Shown: positions 35,525 through 44,226 of the stretch, piece after piece | Numbering within the stretch: the first letter of the stretch is position 1 | Layout of the letters: every line of letters begins with the position of its first letter | Origin: Phycisphaerae bacterium | GTDB taxonomy: Bacteria; Planctomycetota; Phycisphaerae; Phycisphaerales; SM1A02 | Direction: 5' to 3' | Assembly: GCA_016873335.1 (NCBI GenBank) | Contig: VGXN01000002.1 | Span: forward strand, 4,785-68,784 | Length of the DNA: 64,000 nucleotides | Made by a program: the position numbers and the translations under genes | Notes under the pieces: generated by a model | Database searches by the model: none | The model's input: only the letters and a program-made list of their open reading frames with translations | Told to the model about the DNA's origin: nothing

Positions 35525-35905
35525 ATGGACCTGAGCAGCGCCGGATCGCGACGTGAAGTGCTTCCAGAAACACGCCAGTCCACGACACACAAGTTCTCGA
35601 TCCAAAACTATGAGGGCTACCTCACGATCGGACTCTTCCCCGATGGTCGTCCGGGCGAGATCTTCATCAAGATGAGCAAGGAAGGGTCCACACTCTCGGG
35701 ACTCATCCAGGGATTCTGCCGCGCGTTCAGTTTGTCCCTGCAGCATGGCCTGCCGCTGCGAGACGCCTGCGAGCGCTTCCGCGGCATGCGCTTTGAGCCG
35801 CATGGCAGCACCAGCAATCCAGAGATTCCCGACTGTTCGAGCATCCTCGACTATGTGGCTCGCTATCTCGAGCTGCACTATGTCGAGCGCCGCCGCGCGG
35901 CCTGA
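35525..35905 (+). CDS. Stand-alone TSCPD-domain protein (homologous to the C-terminal domain of class II ribonucleotide reductase)
   Basis: …THKFSIQNYEGYLTIGLFPDGRPGEIFIKMSKEGSTLSGLIQGFCRAFSLSLQHGLPLRDACERFRGMRFEPHGSTSNPEIPDCSSILDYVARYL follows the TSCPD pattern (G.Y.T.....G.P.EiFi...K.GS…G.p…F.G..FeP.G.T.N….SI.DY). The 3' end overlaps the mfd 3' end convergently by 28 nt. Confidence 0.65.
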   Translation: MDLSSAGSRREVLPETRQSTTHKFSIQNYEGYLTIGLFPDGRPGEIFIKMSKEGSTLSGLIQGFCRAFSLSLQHGLPLRDACERFRGMRFEPHGSTSNPEIPDCSSILDYVARYLELHYVERRRAA

Positions 35906-38900
35906 TCCGTTTCGGTCGGTCCACGAAGGCGCTTCAGCAGATCGCGCAGCAGTGCGCGCGGCTGCGGCATCTCGTCGGGACGCCAATACACATCCGTGAG
36001 CCCCGCCTCATCCGCACCACCCACGACACGCACCGAGCCGCGTGCGCGCCACAGCAGCCGTTGAACGCCCGCAGGATCCTGTGCACGGAAGATCAGATCG
36101 CCTTCACGGCGGAGCAGCGCACGCACGCCGAGCATCGTCAGCCGGAGCCGCACCTCCGAGAGCAGGAAGAGATCGAGGACCTCGTCCGGCGGATCGCCGT
36201 AGGCGCTGCGAAGATCGGCGATGGACTTCTCCAGTTCCTCGGGGCTCGCGGCATCGGTCAGGCGTCGGTGCCCCTCGAGTCGGCGGCGATCGCTTGGGAT
36301 GTACGCGCGCGGCAGTGATCCGCGCAATCCCACATCCACCATCGTGTCGATCGAAATCACAGTCGGCTCCGCGCGAAGAGTGCGCACCTCGTGATCCAGA
36401 AGCCTGCAGTACATCTCGTACCCGACCGATGTGATGTGCCCGCTCTGCTCACGCCCGAGCAAGTTGCCTGCACCGCGCAACTCCAGATCGCGCACGGCGA
36501 TCTTGAATCCCGCACCGAGCATCGAACAGTCCTCGAGCGCGTTCAGACGCTTCATCGCTTCGGGCGTGGCGGTGCGACCCTGAGGCAGCAGCAAATAGCA
36601 GTAGGCACGGTGGCTTGATCGTCCGACACGCCCGCGCAACTGGTGCAGTTCCGAGAGGCCAAAGCGGTGCGCGTCATCGATGATCATCGTGTTCGCAGTC
36701 GGGATGTCGATGCCGCTTTCGATGATGGTGGTCGAGACGAGGATGTCCGCTTCGTGCCGCATGAAGCGGCGCATCACATCCTCGAGTTCCCCGTCGCTCA
36801 TCTGACCATGCCCAACCACGATGCGCGCTTCCGGTGCAAGTCGCCGAACCTCGTCCGCAGCAGAGAGGATGTCATGCACGCGGTTGTGCACCCAGAACAC
36901 CTGCCCATCACGCGCCAACTCCCGCGCGATGGCGGATGCGAGGCGTTCACGCTGGTAGGGCATCACCTCCGTCACGATGGCGCGTCGATCGGGAGGCGGA
37001 GTCGTCAGACTCGAAATGTCGCGCAGCCCAAGCATCGCCATGTGCAGCGTGCGCGGAATCGGCGTGGCAGTCAGCGTCAGCACATCCGCCGTCAAGCGGA
37101 ACTCAAAGAGCCGCTGCTTGTGCTCGACACCGAATCGCTGCTCCTCGTCGATGATGACGAGTCCCAGTTCGCGGAAGCGCACATCCGCAGACAGCAGTCG
37201 ATGCGTGCCGATCACGATGTCCACCTGCCCCGCTGCGAGGCGATCGAGAATCTCACGAACCTCCGCATCGGTTCGGAAGCGGCTGACCGATTCGATGACG
37301 AATGGAAACGCACCCATGCGGCTTCGGAAGGTGCGTTCGTGCTGTTCCGCAAGCACGGTGGTCGGCACGAGCAGTGCCACCTGCCGCCCCGCCTGTGCGC
37401 ACTTGAACGCCGCACGCACCGCCACCTCCGTCTTGCCGAATCCGACATCGCCGCACACAAGACGATCCATCGGGCGTGTGGCTTCCATGTCACGCTTCAC
37501 CGCGGCGATCGCCGTCACCTGATCCTCCGTTTCCGTGAAGGGGAACGCACCCTCGAACTCCACTTGCCACTGTGAGTCCGCCGGACACGAGATGCCCACC
37601 GTCGAGTTGCGCACCGCCTGCACGCGAAGGAGCTCACCAGCCAAGTCACGGACCGCTTCGGCGACCTCCTCCTTCTGCCGCTTCCAACGCTTGCTGCCGA
37701 GTCCGCTGAGTTTTGGACGCACGACACCCGCACCCACATACCGCTGCACAAGCGCGACCTTGCTCGTTGGCACGTGAAGGATCGTGTTGCCCTCGAACTC
37801 CAGTTTCAGATGCTCCTCGTCCGCCGCATCCCCCGAAGCGGATGGCATCTGGACGAGTCCGTGATAGAGCGCGATGCCGTGATCGCGGTGCACGACCGCA
37901 TCGCCCGGATCGAAACTGAGGAACGCCTCGCGCGATCTCCCACCGAGCGCAGCCGAGGGCGGCTTTCGGCTGCGCGTTCCAAAGCGGTGGAGCACTTCAT
38001 GCCACGGCAGCACGGCAATTCCTCGCGGTCCATCCTGCCAGACGAACCCGCGGTGCAGATGCTGCTGTTCGAGTCGCAGGGCATCGCCGCGCTCGGGGAG
38101 AAGTTCGCGTGCCCGCTGCAAGTCGCCCGATGTCTCGCAAAGCAGCGCAACATCCGCGCGTTCCGCGAGTGCCTGCACCTGCGCGGTCGCTTCGGGCAGC
38201 GCCTCGGCGAACACGGGCAGCGGCGCGGCGGGAACATCGATCCCTGCCGCGTCATCCACCGACTGCACGAGCACCCCCGCTTCGATCGTGGCGTGGCAGT
38301 GCTGCACGAGTGCACGCAGCGAATCAGCCCACGGGAACACGCCTGCGCCATCCGTGATGCGATCGAGATACGCGCGCGACTGTTCGGCGATCTCTGCCGT
38401 CTCCGCGAGCATCAGCACGCTGCCCTGCGGCATTCGTGGCGCGACTGCCTCAAGCTTCTTCGGATCGAACAGCGTATGAACGCCAAGCAAATCCACTGCG
38501 TCGAGTTTGCGGTCCGTGGCTTGTGTGGCCAGATCGACCTCAAACAGCCCTTCGAGTTCATCGCCGAAGAAGTCCAGCCGCACGGGTGCGAGGGCACCGG
38601 CAGGAAACACATCGATCACGCCCCCGCGCACCGCGAACGAGGCTGGCTGCTCGGCGCTCGGCAGACGGTCATACCCAGCGCGCGTCAGCCACTCGATCAG
38701 CGCCCCGCGCGGCTGTGGACTTCCCATGCGAACAGTCCGCATCATTGCGTCCATGGATGACTCTGCCGGCACTCCCTGCATCAATGCGGGAACGGGCGCA
38801 ACAATCACGCATGGCATCGGCGCACCGCGAGACTCGCGTGAATCATCCGCCGCGTCAGCGGCGTCGACCGCGCACAGCACACGCATTCGCTGCGCTTGAA

Positions 38901-39201
38901 GTTCGGCGGCTTCCTGCCCATCGGGCGCACCCTCAAGCGCAGGAAAGAGCAGCACAGGAACGCTCAGCGACTCAAGTTCCGCGGCTGCCTCATCCGCTTC
39001 ATCGCGGTGCGCCGTCACGAGCAGCAGCGGTCGGTTCGCCGCCAGACTGACGGCGCCTGCGAGCACCGCCGAACTCGAACCGGCAGCGCCTCGGAGCGCA
39101 ATCGGACTGTTCCCACGCGGCAGGGCGATGCGCTGCGCAATCTGCGCAACGGTCTTCGACGACGCGATGCGCCTGAACCACGAAGGACGGGGTGAGTTCA
39201 C
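35878..39201 (-). CDS. mfd: Transcription-repair coupling factor
   Basis: It has a UvrB-homology N-terminal region, the CarD-like segment DPGDAVVHRDHGIALYHGL, and superfamily-2 helicase motifs (LVCGDVGFGKTEVA, LVIIDEEQRFGV, TATPIPRTL, QLRGRVGRS). The start is a GTG overlapping the comEA stop (GTGA at 39198-39201). Confidence 0.9.
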   Translation of the reverse strand: MNSPRPSWFRRIASSKTVAQIAQRIALPRGNSPIALRGAAGSSSAVLAGAVSLAANRPLLLVTAHRDEADEAAAELESLSVPVLLFPALEGAPDGQEAAELQAQRMRVLCAVDAADAADDSRESRGAPMPCVIVAPVPALMQGVPAESSMDAMMRTVRMGSPQPRGALIEWLTRAGYDRLPSAEQPASFAVRGGVIDVFPAGALAPVRLDFFGDELEGLFEVDLATQATDRKLDAVDLLGVHTLFDPKKLEAVAPRMPQGSVLMLAETAEIAEQSRAYLDRITDGAGVFPWADSLRALVQHCHATIEAGVLVQSVDDAAGIDVPAAPLPVFAEALPEATAQVQALAERADVALLCETSGDLQRARELLPERGDALRLEQQHLHRGFVWQDGPRGIAVLPWHEVLHRFGTRSRKPPSAALGGRSREAFLSFDPGDAVVHRDHGIALYHGLVQMPSASGDAADEEHLKLEFEGNTILHVPTSKVALVQRYVGAGVVRPKLSGLGSKRWKRQKEEVAEAVRDLAGELLRVQAVRNSTVGISCPADSQWQVEFEGAFPFTETEDQVTAIAAVKRDMEATRPMDRLVCGDVGFGKTEVAVRAAFKCAQAGRQVALLVPTTVLAEQHERTFRSRMGAFPFVIESVSRFRTDAEVREILDRLAAGQVDIVIGTHRLLSADVRFRELGLVIIDEEQRFGVEHKQRLFEFRLTADVLTLTATPIPRTLHMAMLGLRDISSLTTPPPDRRAIVTEVMPYQRERLASAIARELARDGQVFWVHNRVHDILSAADEVRRLAPEARIVVGHGQMSDGELEDVMRRFMRHEADILVSTTIIESGIDIPTANTMIIDDAHRFGLSELHQLRGRVGRSSHRAYCYLLLPQGRTATPEAMKRLNALEDCSMLGAGFKIAVRDLELRGAGNLLGREQSGHITSVGYEMYCRLLDHEVRTLRAEPTVISIDTMVDVGLRGSLPRAYIPSDRRRLEGHRRLTDAASPEELEKSIADLRSAYGDPPDEVLDLFLLSEVRLRLTMLGVRALLRREGDLIFRAQDPAGVQRLLWRARGSVRVVGGADEAGLTDVYWRPDEMPQPRALLRDLLKRLRGPTETDQAARRRST

Positions 39202-39560
39202 GGTGCTGACACGCTGCACACGGCGTGCGGCTCGACGGCAGCGAGCGTGGCTGGACCGATTCCCTTCACACGCCGCAAGTCTGCGACCCGCGCGAACGGT
39301 CCTTGCGCCTCGCGCGAATCGATGATGCGCTGAGCGACAGCAGGACCGACTTCTGGCAGCAGGCAAAGTTGCGCCGCATCGGCCGCGTTGATGTCGATGC
39401 GCGCTTCATGCACCGCAACATCGGTGCGCGGGCGCGTCCACATCACGTCCACCGCGAGTGCCACGACCACGACGGCGACGAACACGCCGATGGCATGACG
39501 CGCTCGCACGCTCGATCGGACACGGCTGCGTCCACCCGCACCGCGCGCGGCTGCGTTCAC
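39198..39560 (-). CDS. comEA: ComEA-family helix-hairpin-helix DNA-binding protein
   Basis: An N-terminal TM segment (HAIGVFVAVVVVALAV) is followed by IDINAADAAQLCLLPEVGPAVAQRIIDSREAQGPFARVADLRRVKGIGPATLAAV (tandem HhH). The start is a GTG overlapping the upstream stop (GTGA at 39557-39560). Confidence 0.75.
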   Translation of the reverse strand: MNAAARGAGGRSRVRSSVRARHAIGVFVAVVVVALAVDVMWTRPRTDVAVHEARIDINAADAAQLCLLPEVGPAVAQRIIDSREAQGPFARVADLRRVKGIGPATLAAVEPHAVCSVSAP

Positions 39561-41080
39561 TCGTCGCCCCCCCCACTCGCGGCCGTCTGTGACCTTGCCT
39601 GCTGCGCGGGCGCTGCGACCCACGGTCCAAGCGGCTTCGTGAGACGGCGCCTCGCCTTCACGAGCGCTTCCAACGCAGGCTTTGGCATGCCATCACACGT
39701 TGTCAAGCCGCACGCGACGCCGCGCGGCGCATCATCGGCGAGGGTGTTCCAAAGGACCGTCGCGACATGCCCCTTGCTGAGCGCCACCTGGAACATCTGC
39801 CTCGCCCAGATCGACTGGGAGTTTGCGGACCACGGCTCGCGCCAATACCCGGCATTCGGTTCGGCCGAACCGCTCGGCACATCGATCGACACAAAGAGCG
39901 TCTTGCGAAGCGCACGAAGCGCATCGAGCGCAGCGCTCACCTCCAGCAGATCGCGCGTGAGATGGTCGGCGCCCGCCTGACCCATGCAGAACTTCACGAG
40001 AACACAGTCGATGCCAACACCCTCGGTGCCGAGCGTGTCGACCAGCATGGACGGTGTGACCGCGCGCGACAGCGATCCAACGCCCTCGGCAAAGGGTCGC
40101 GGAACTTCGATCATGATCGGCACTTCGCGGCGCGTCTTGCGAAGACCGACCGCGATGCGACGGGTGATCTCGACCATCTGCTCCAACTTCAGCGGCCACC
40201 AGGCGCTGTCGTTGATGCCTGACGCAACGTTCCACATGCCAGTCCGCGGACCGACCAACTCGCCCACCGCCTCCGCGTAGCGCCACACCGCGCTCCGAAG
40301 CGCATCGAAATCGCCGCAGTGCTGCCGCAACCATTCGGGCAGCGCGTGCTCGCGCAGATCGAGCAGCGGACCGACCACGACGACCTTGCCTTGGGATGCC
40401 GTCCAGTCGAGCCACGGCTCCAACGATGAAAAGTCGAATCGCCCCTCCTGCCGCTCGATCACGCTCCAGTCGAGCGGGATCTGCAGAAGGTCAAACCCAC
40501 CCGCTGCCGAGGCGATCGCCCGCTCGCCCGCTCGACCAGTCACGCGAACACCCAGCGTGACCCGCCCTGCGGGACGCGTTTCGTAACGACGGTGCAGTGC
40601 AATTCGCGCATGCGCCACCGCGAGGCGTTCACCCGCTTCCAGCCCCTTCACCAGCGCCTGAGCCGCCTTCCGATCAGCCTCCACGGCATCGGCAGTCGTC
40701 ATCGACGCCGTGAAGTCGCTGCGCGCATCGTTCCACTGCGCGATGGAAGCCGCACACCCAGGGTGATCCCAGACCTGCCACTCCTCACACTTGGCGATAA
40801 ACAGCTTGATGCGATGGCGCGCCAACTCCTGCAACAGCGAGTAGCGCTCCCGCCGCTGCTGCAGCAGGCAGGTCGACAGAGCCAGCCTGCCCATGGACCT
40901 CATCTCGCACTCGACATTCACGGCGAGCGCACTGTCGAGTTCGCTCTCGCAGTCGAGTTTTCCTGGACGAAGCGAAAGCGCACCGGCAACGGAAAGATCG
41001 TTCGCCCCAAGCACATAGCCGTGGCTCGCATCGACCCGCACAGGCGGCTCGTCCATCTTCTCGAACGCAAAGCGAAGCAT
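39557..41080 (-). CDS. Hypothetical protein, possibly a GH10-like TIM-barrel fold
   Basis: The start was set at MLRFAFEKMDEPP, which clears divergent purC. The segment QIPLDWSVIERQEGRFDFSSLEPWLDWTASQGKVVVVGPLLDL...LPEWL resembles the GH10 N-terminal pattern. The expected WDVVNE acid/base motif reads WNVASGIN, so no Glu is present. Confidence 0.4.
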   Translation of the reverse strand: MLRFAFEKMDEPPVRVDASHGYVLGANDLSVAGALSLRPGKLDCESELDSALAVNVECEMRSMGRLALSTCLLQQRRERYSLLQELARHRIKLFIAKCEEWQVWDHPGCAASIAQWNDARSDFTASMTTADAVEADRKAAQALVKGLEAGERLAVAHARIALHRRYETRPAGRVTLGVRVTGRAGERAIASAAGGFDLLQIPLDWSVIERQEGRFDFSSLEPWLDWTASQGKVVVVGPLLDLREHALPEWLRQHCGDFDALRSAVWRYAEAVGELVGPRTGMWNVASGINDSAWWPLKLEQMVEITRRIAVGLRKTRREVPIMIEVPRPFAEGVGSLSRAVTPSMLVDTLGTEGVGIDCVLVKFCMGQAGADHLTRDLLEVSAALDALRALRKTLFVSIDVPSGSAEPNAGYWREPWSANSQSIWARQMFQVALSKGHVATVLWNTLADDAPRGVACGLTTCDGMPKPALEALVKARRRLTKPLGPWVAAPAQQARSQTAASGGGDE

Positions 41081-41176
41081 CGGCACTGGCGAGTGTAGCG
41101 GTCTGCACGAGTCTCCCCCTCGGATAGCGCTTCTGCACGCGTGCGTTCGAGCCCCGTTCCTACACTGCCACCTCCT

Positions 41177-42148
41177 ATGCAGACACGCGCTTGCGACTCG
41201 CTCTTCCAGACGCAACTTGCACTGCCGGGGCGCCGCGCGGGCAAGGTGCGCGATCTCTATTCGCTGCCCGCCGAACAGGGCGCGCCACGGATGCTGCTGG
41301 TGGCGACCGATCGCATCTCGGCATTCGATGTGGTGATGCCGACGCCGATCCCAGGAAAGGGCAGATTGCTGACCACGATTTCGGCAGGTTGGTTCGGGCT
41401 CATTCGGCGCGCGAATCTCGTCGGAGATCATGTGCTCAGTCTCGATGTGCCCGTGTGCGGCGGCATCGATCCTGCTCAGCGCGATGCGCTCGAGGGACGC
41501 ACCATGGTCTGCCGCGCCGCGCAGGTCGTTCCCATTGAGTGCGTCGCGCGCGGCTACCTCGCCGGCAGCGGATGGAGCGAGTACTGCGCCGCGCAGCAGG
41601 TGTGCGGCGTGCCGCTTCCGCGCGGACTGCGGCAGTGCGAGCGGCTGCCGGAGCCGATCTTCACGCCGGCGACCAAGGCAGCGGAGGGGCACGATGAGAA
41701 CATTTCCTTTGCACGCGCCGCCGCGGTCGTCGGGTCATCCCTGATGGAACGCCTGCGCGATCTGACGCTGCGCATCTACTCACTCGCCGCCGAACATGCG
41801 CTCGCGTGCGGGCTGATCTTGGCGGATACCAAGTTCGAGTTCGGCTTCGAACTCGCCCCCGATGGGCGTCCGACCGACCGCCTGCTGCTCGTGGATGAAG
41901 TCCTGACGCCTGACTCGAGCCGCTACTGGCCGCTCGACGGATACGAAGCTGGGCATGATCAACAGAGTTTCGACAAGCAGTTCCTCCGCAACTGGCTGTT
42001 GGAACTTGTCGCATCCGGTCGCTGGGACAAGACGCCACCAGGACCAGAGATTCCTGCAGAGGTCGTTGATGGAACGGCTGCGCGCTACCGTGAAGCGCTC
42101 ACGCGGCTCTTCGGCTCGCGTTCACCAGCGGATCTGCTGCGCCGTTGA
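41177..42148 (+). CDS. purC: Phosphoribosylaminoimidazole-succinocarboxamide synthase
   Basis: …GKVRDLYSL…LLVATDRISAFDVVMPTPIPGKGRLLTTISAGWF…LILADTKFEFG…DEVLTPDSSRYW is the long-form SAICAR synthetase signature. Confidence 0.9.
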   Translation: MQTRACDSLFQTQLALPGRRAGKVRDLYSLPAEQGAPRMLLVATDRISAFDVVMPTPIPGKGRLLTTISAGWFGLIRRANLVGDHVLSLDVPVCGGIDPAQRDALEGRTMVCRAAQVVPIECVARGYLAGSGWSEYCAAQQVCGVPLPRGLRQCERLPEPIFTPATKAAEGHDENISFARAAAVVGSSLMERLRDLTLRIYSLAAEHALACGLILADTKFEFGFELAPDGRPTDRLLLVDEVLTPDSSRYWPLDGYEAGHDQQSFDKQFLRNWLLELVASGRWDKTPPGPEIPAEVVDGTAARYREALTRLFGSRSPADLLRR

Positions 42149-42159
42149 CGGCGGCGCGC

Positions 42160-43002
42160 TCAGCGAAGAGCAGCCTCTGCCACGTTCCGCAGCAGCATCG
42201 CGACCGTCATTGGGCCAACGCCACCTGGTACGGGGCTCATCCAGCCCGCCACCGCAGCCACATCGGGGTGGACATCGCCGACGGTCACTTGCTTTCCGTC
42301 CTTCCCAGCAACGCGGTTGATGCCGACATCCACCACGACAGCACCAGGCTTGATCCACTCAGGCGTGACCAGCGCAGGAACGCCAGCTGCCGCCACCACG
42401 ATGTCCGCTTCACGCGCGATCTTCGGCAGCTCGGTGGTGAAGCGATTCGCACTGATGACCGTGGCTTCGGCGCGCATCAGCAGGGCTGCGATGGGCTTGC
42501 CCACGATGTTGCTTGCACCGACGATCACACATCGCGCACCGCGAAGCGTGGTGCCCGTGTGCTCGATCATCTCGAGCACTGCGAGCGCCGTGCACGGCAC
42601 GAGACTGCGCCGTCCGTAGACGACATTGCCGATGTTGGCTGGGTTTACCCCTTCCACATCCTTCTCTGGCGCAATCAGCGACTGCACGCGTTCGGTGTCG
42701 ACACCCTTCGGCAGCGGCAGGTGCAGCATCATCGCCGTCACCGTCTCATCGGTGTTCATTAGCAGGACCCGACCCGCGATCTCCTCGTATCCGCTGCTTG
42801 CGGGGAGTTGATGCAGTTGGTACTGAATGCCAGCTTCCTCGCAGGTGCGCGCCTGGTTCTGCGCGTAGATCGAAGCCGCACTATCGTCACCCACAAGAAC
42901 CGCATCGAGCCGGACGGAACGGCCGCTGCGAGCGATGCGTTCCCGCAGGGATGCACGCACGGCGGCGCCAAGTTGCTTGCCATCGATGATGCGCGCTCCC
43001 AT
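42160..43002 (-). CDS. folD: Bifunctional methylenetetrahydrofolate dehydrogenase/cyclohydrolase
   Basis: MGARIIDGKQLGAAVR…VLVGDDSAASIYAQNQ…LPLPKGVD…VIVGASNIVGKPIAALL…PVPGGVGPMTVAMLL is the FolD signature. Confidence 0.9.
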   Translation of the reverse strand: MGARIIDGKQLGAAVRASLRERIARSGRSVRLDAVLVGDDSAASIYAQNQARTCEEAGIQYQLHQLPASSGYEEIAGRVLLMNTDETVTAMMLHLPLPKGVDTERVQSLIAPEKDVEGVNPANIGNVVYGRRSLVPCTALAVLEMIEHTGTTLRGARCVIVGASNIVGKPIAALLMRAEATVISANRFTTELPKIAREADIVVAAAGVPALVTPEWIKPGAVVVDVGINRVAGKDGKQVTVGDVHPDVAAVAGWMSPVPGGVGPMTVAMLLRNVAEAALR

Positions 43003-43080
43003 GCGAGCAGCGTAGCGATTGCCCGTATGCTGTTGACCCGGTCAACCACGTTCGGCACACTCCCCGTCTCGGGAACAACC

Positions 43081-44208
43081 ATGATCACATCCATCCTCGC
43101 TCTCCCTCTTGCTGCCCTGCTGCTCACTCAAACCGTTCCTGCCACCCCCATCACGCCGCCGAAGGATGCCGGGAAGGATGCGAAAGCGGGAAAGGCTCCA
43201 GAGCCAACCGAGCCGACACTCCTGCCAGGTTCGCCCGCTCCGTTCCCGCAGATCGAAAAGTTCGTCAAGGGAGAAGAGATCTCATCGTTCAGCCCTGGCA
43301 ACACCTATGTGATCGAGTTCTGGGCAACTTGGTGCGGTCCATGCAAGTCGAGCATGCCGCACCTCAGCGAGGTGCAGGAGAAGTATGCGGACAAGGGAGT
43401 TCGCATCATCAGCATCAGCGACGAAAAGATCGACACTGTCACGAAGTTCCTCGACGATCCGAAGTGGGCAGCCAAGACGCGGTACACGCTCTGCGCGGAT
43501 CCCGACCGATCGGCGTACGACCAGTACATGAAGCCTGCGTTGCAGTCGGGCATCCCGTGCGCGTTCATCGTGAAGGATGGAACGGTGCAGTGGATTGGAC
43601 ATCCGATGCAGATGGACGAGCCGCTTGAGAGCGTGGTCGCCGGCTCCTGGAATGTCAGTGATGCAAAGACATCATTCCTCGGTGCCGCGCAGGCAAAGAA
43701 GGCGCAGCGGCGGCTCTCCGCTGCGCTTCGCGACGCCAACAAGAGCGGCGACTTCACGGAGTTCATGACGATGCTCGACGACGCGATCGCAAAGGCGGAC
43801 GCGGAACCGGCACTCGGCTTGCGCATGCAGAAGTTCCAGCTCCTGCTCGGACCCGTGAACCAGCCCGAGAAGGGCTACGAGCTAGGGCGTGCGCTTGCTG
43901 CGGACTTCACGCAGCGCAAGGAGGCCATGGGGCTCAACCAACTTGCTTGGTACGTCCTCGATGCACCGAAGATCAAGCAGCGAGATCTCCCGTTCGCGCT
44001 CTCGACGGCGGAGGCGGCCGTGACCGCCAGCGGAGGCAAGGACGGTGCGATCCTCGACACGCTCGCCCGCGCACAGTTCGAGTCAGGCAAGGTGTCGGAA
44101 GCGGTCGCGACGCAGAAACTCGCCATCGAGAACACGCCGCCGGGCGACATGCTCGACGAGATGAAGGACACGCTCAAGAAGTACGAGAGCGGCGGAAGTC
44201 CGAAGTGA
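43081..44208 (+). CDS. Secreted TlpA/ResA-like thioredoxin-fold protein with C-terminal helical (TPR-like) domain
   Basis: It has a signal peptide (MITSILALPLAALLLTQTVPA) and the active site EFWATWCGPCKSSMPHL. The C-terminal ~190 aa is helical (…LAWYVLDAP…ALSTAEAAVTASGGKDGAILDTLARAQFESGKVSEAVATQKLAIE). Confidence 0.7.
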   Translation: MITSILALPLAALLLTQTVPATPITPPKDAGKDAKAGKAPEPTEPTLLPGSPAPFPQIEKFVKGEEISSFSPGNTYVIEFWATWCGPCKSSMPHLSEVQEKYADKGVRIISISDEKIDTVTKFLDDPKWAAKTRYTLCADPDRSAYDQYMKPALQSGIPCAFIVKDGTVQWIGHPMQMDEPLESVVAGSWNVSDAKTSFLGAAQAKKAQRRLSAALRDANKSGDFTEFMTMLDDAIAKADAEPALGLRMQKFQLLLGPVNQPEKGYELGRALAADFTQRKEAMGLNQLAWYVLDAPKIKQRDLPFALSTAEAAVTASGGKDGAILDTLARAQFESGKVSEAVATQKLAIENTPPGDMLDEMKDTLKKYESGGSPK

Positions 44209-44226
44209 TCGGGGCGGCAGCGGACT

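Noticed and set aside
34468-35592. A minus-strand ORF with striking LAARLAFG repeats.
   Set aside because: The repeats are the reverse-complement reading of the 24-nt GKPEGKSG coding repeats in the L9 tail. The rplI reading frame has clear L9 homology.
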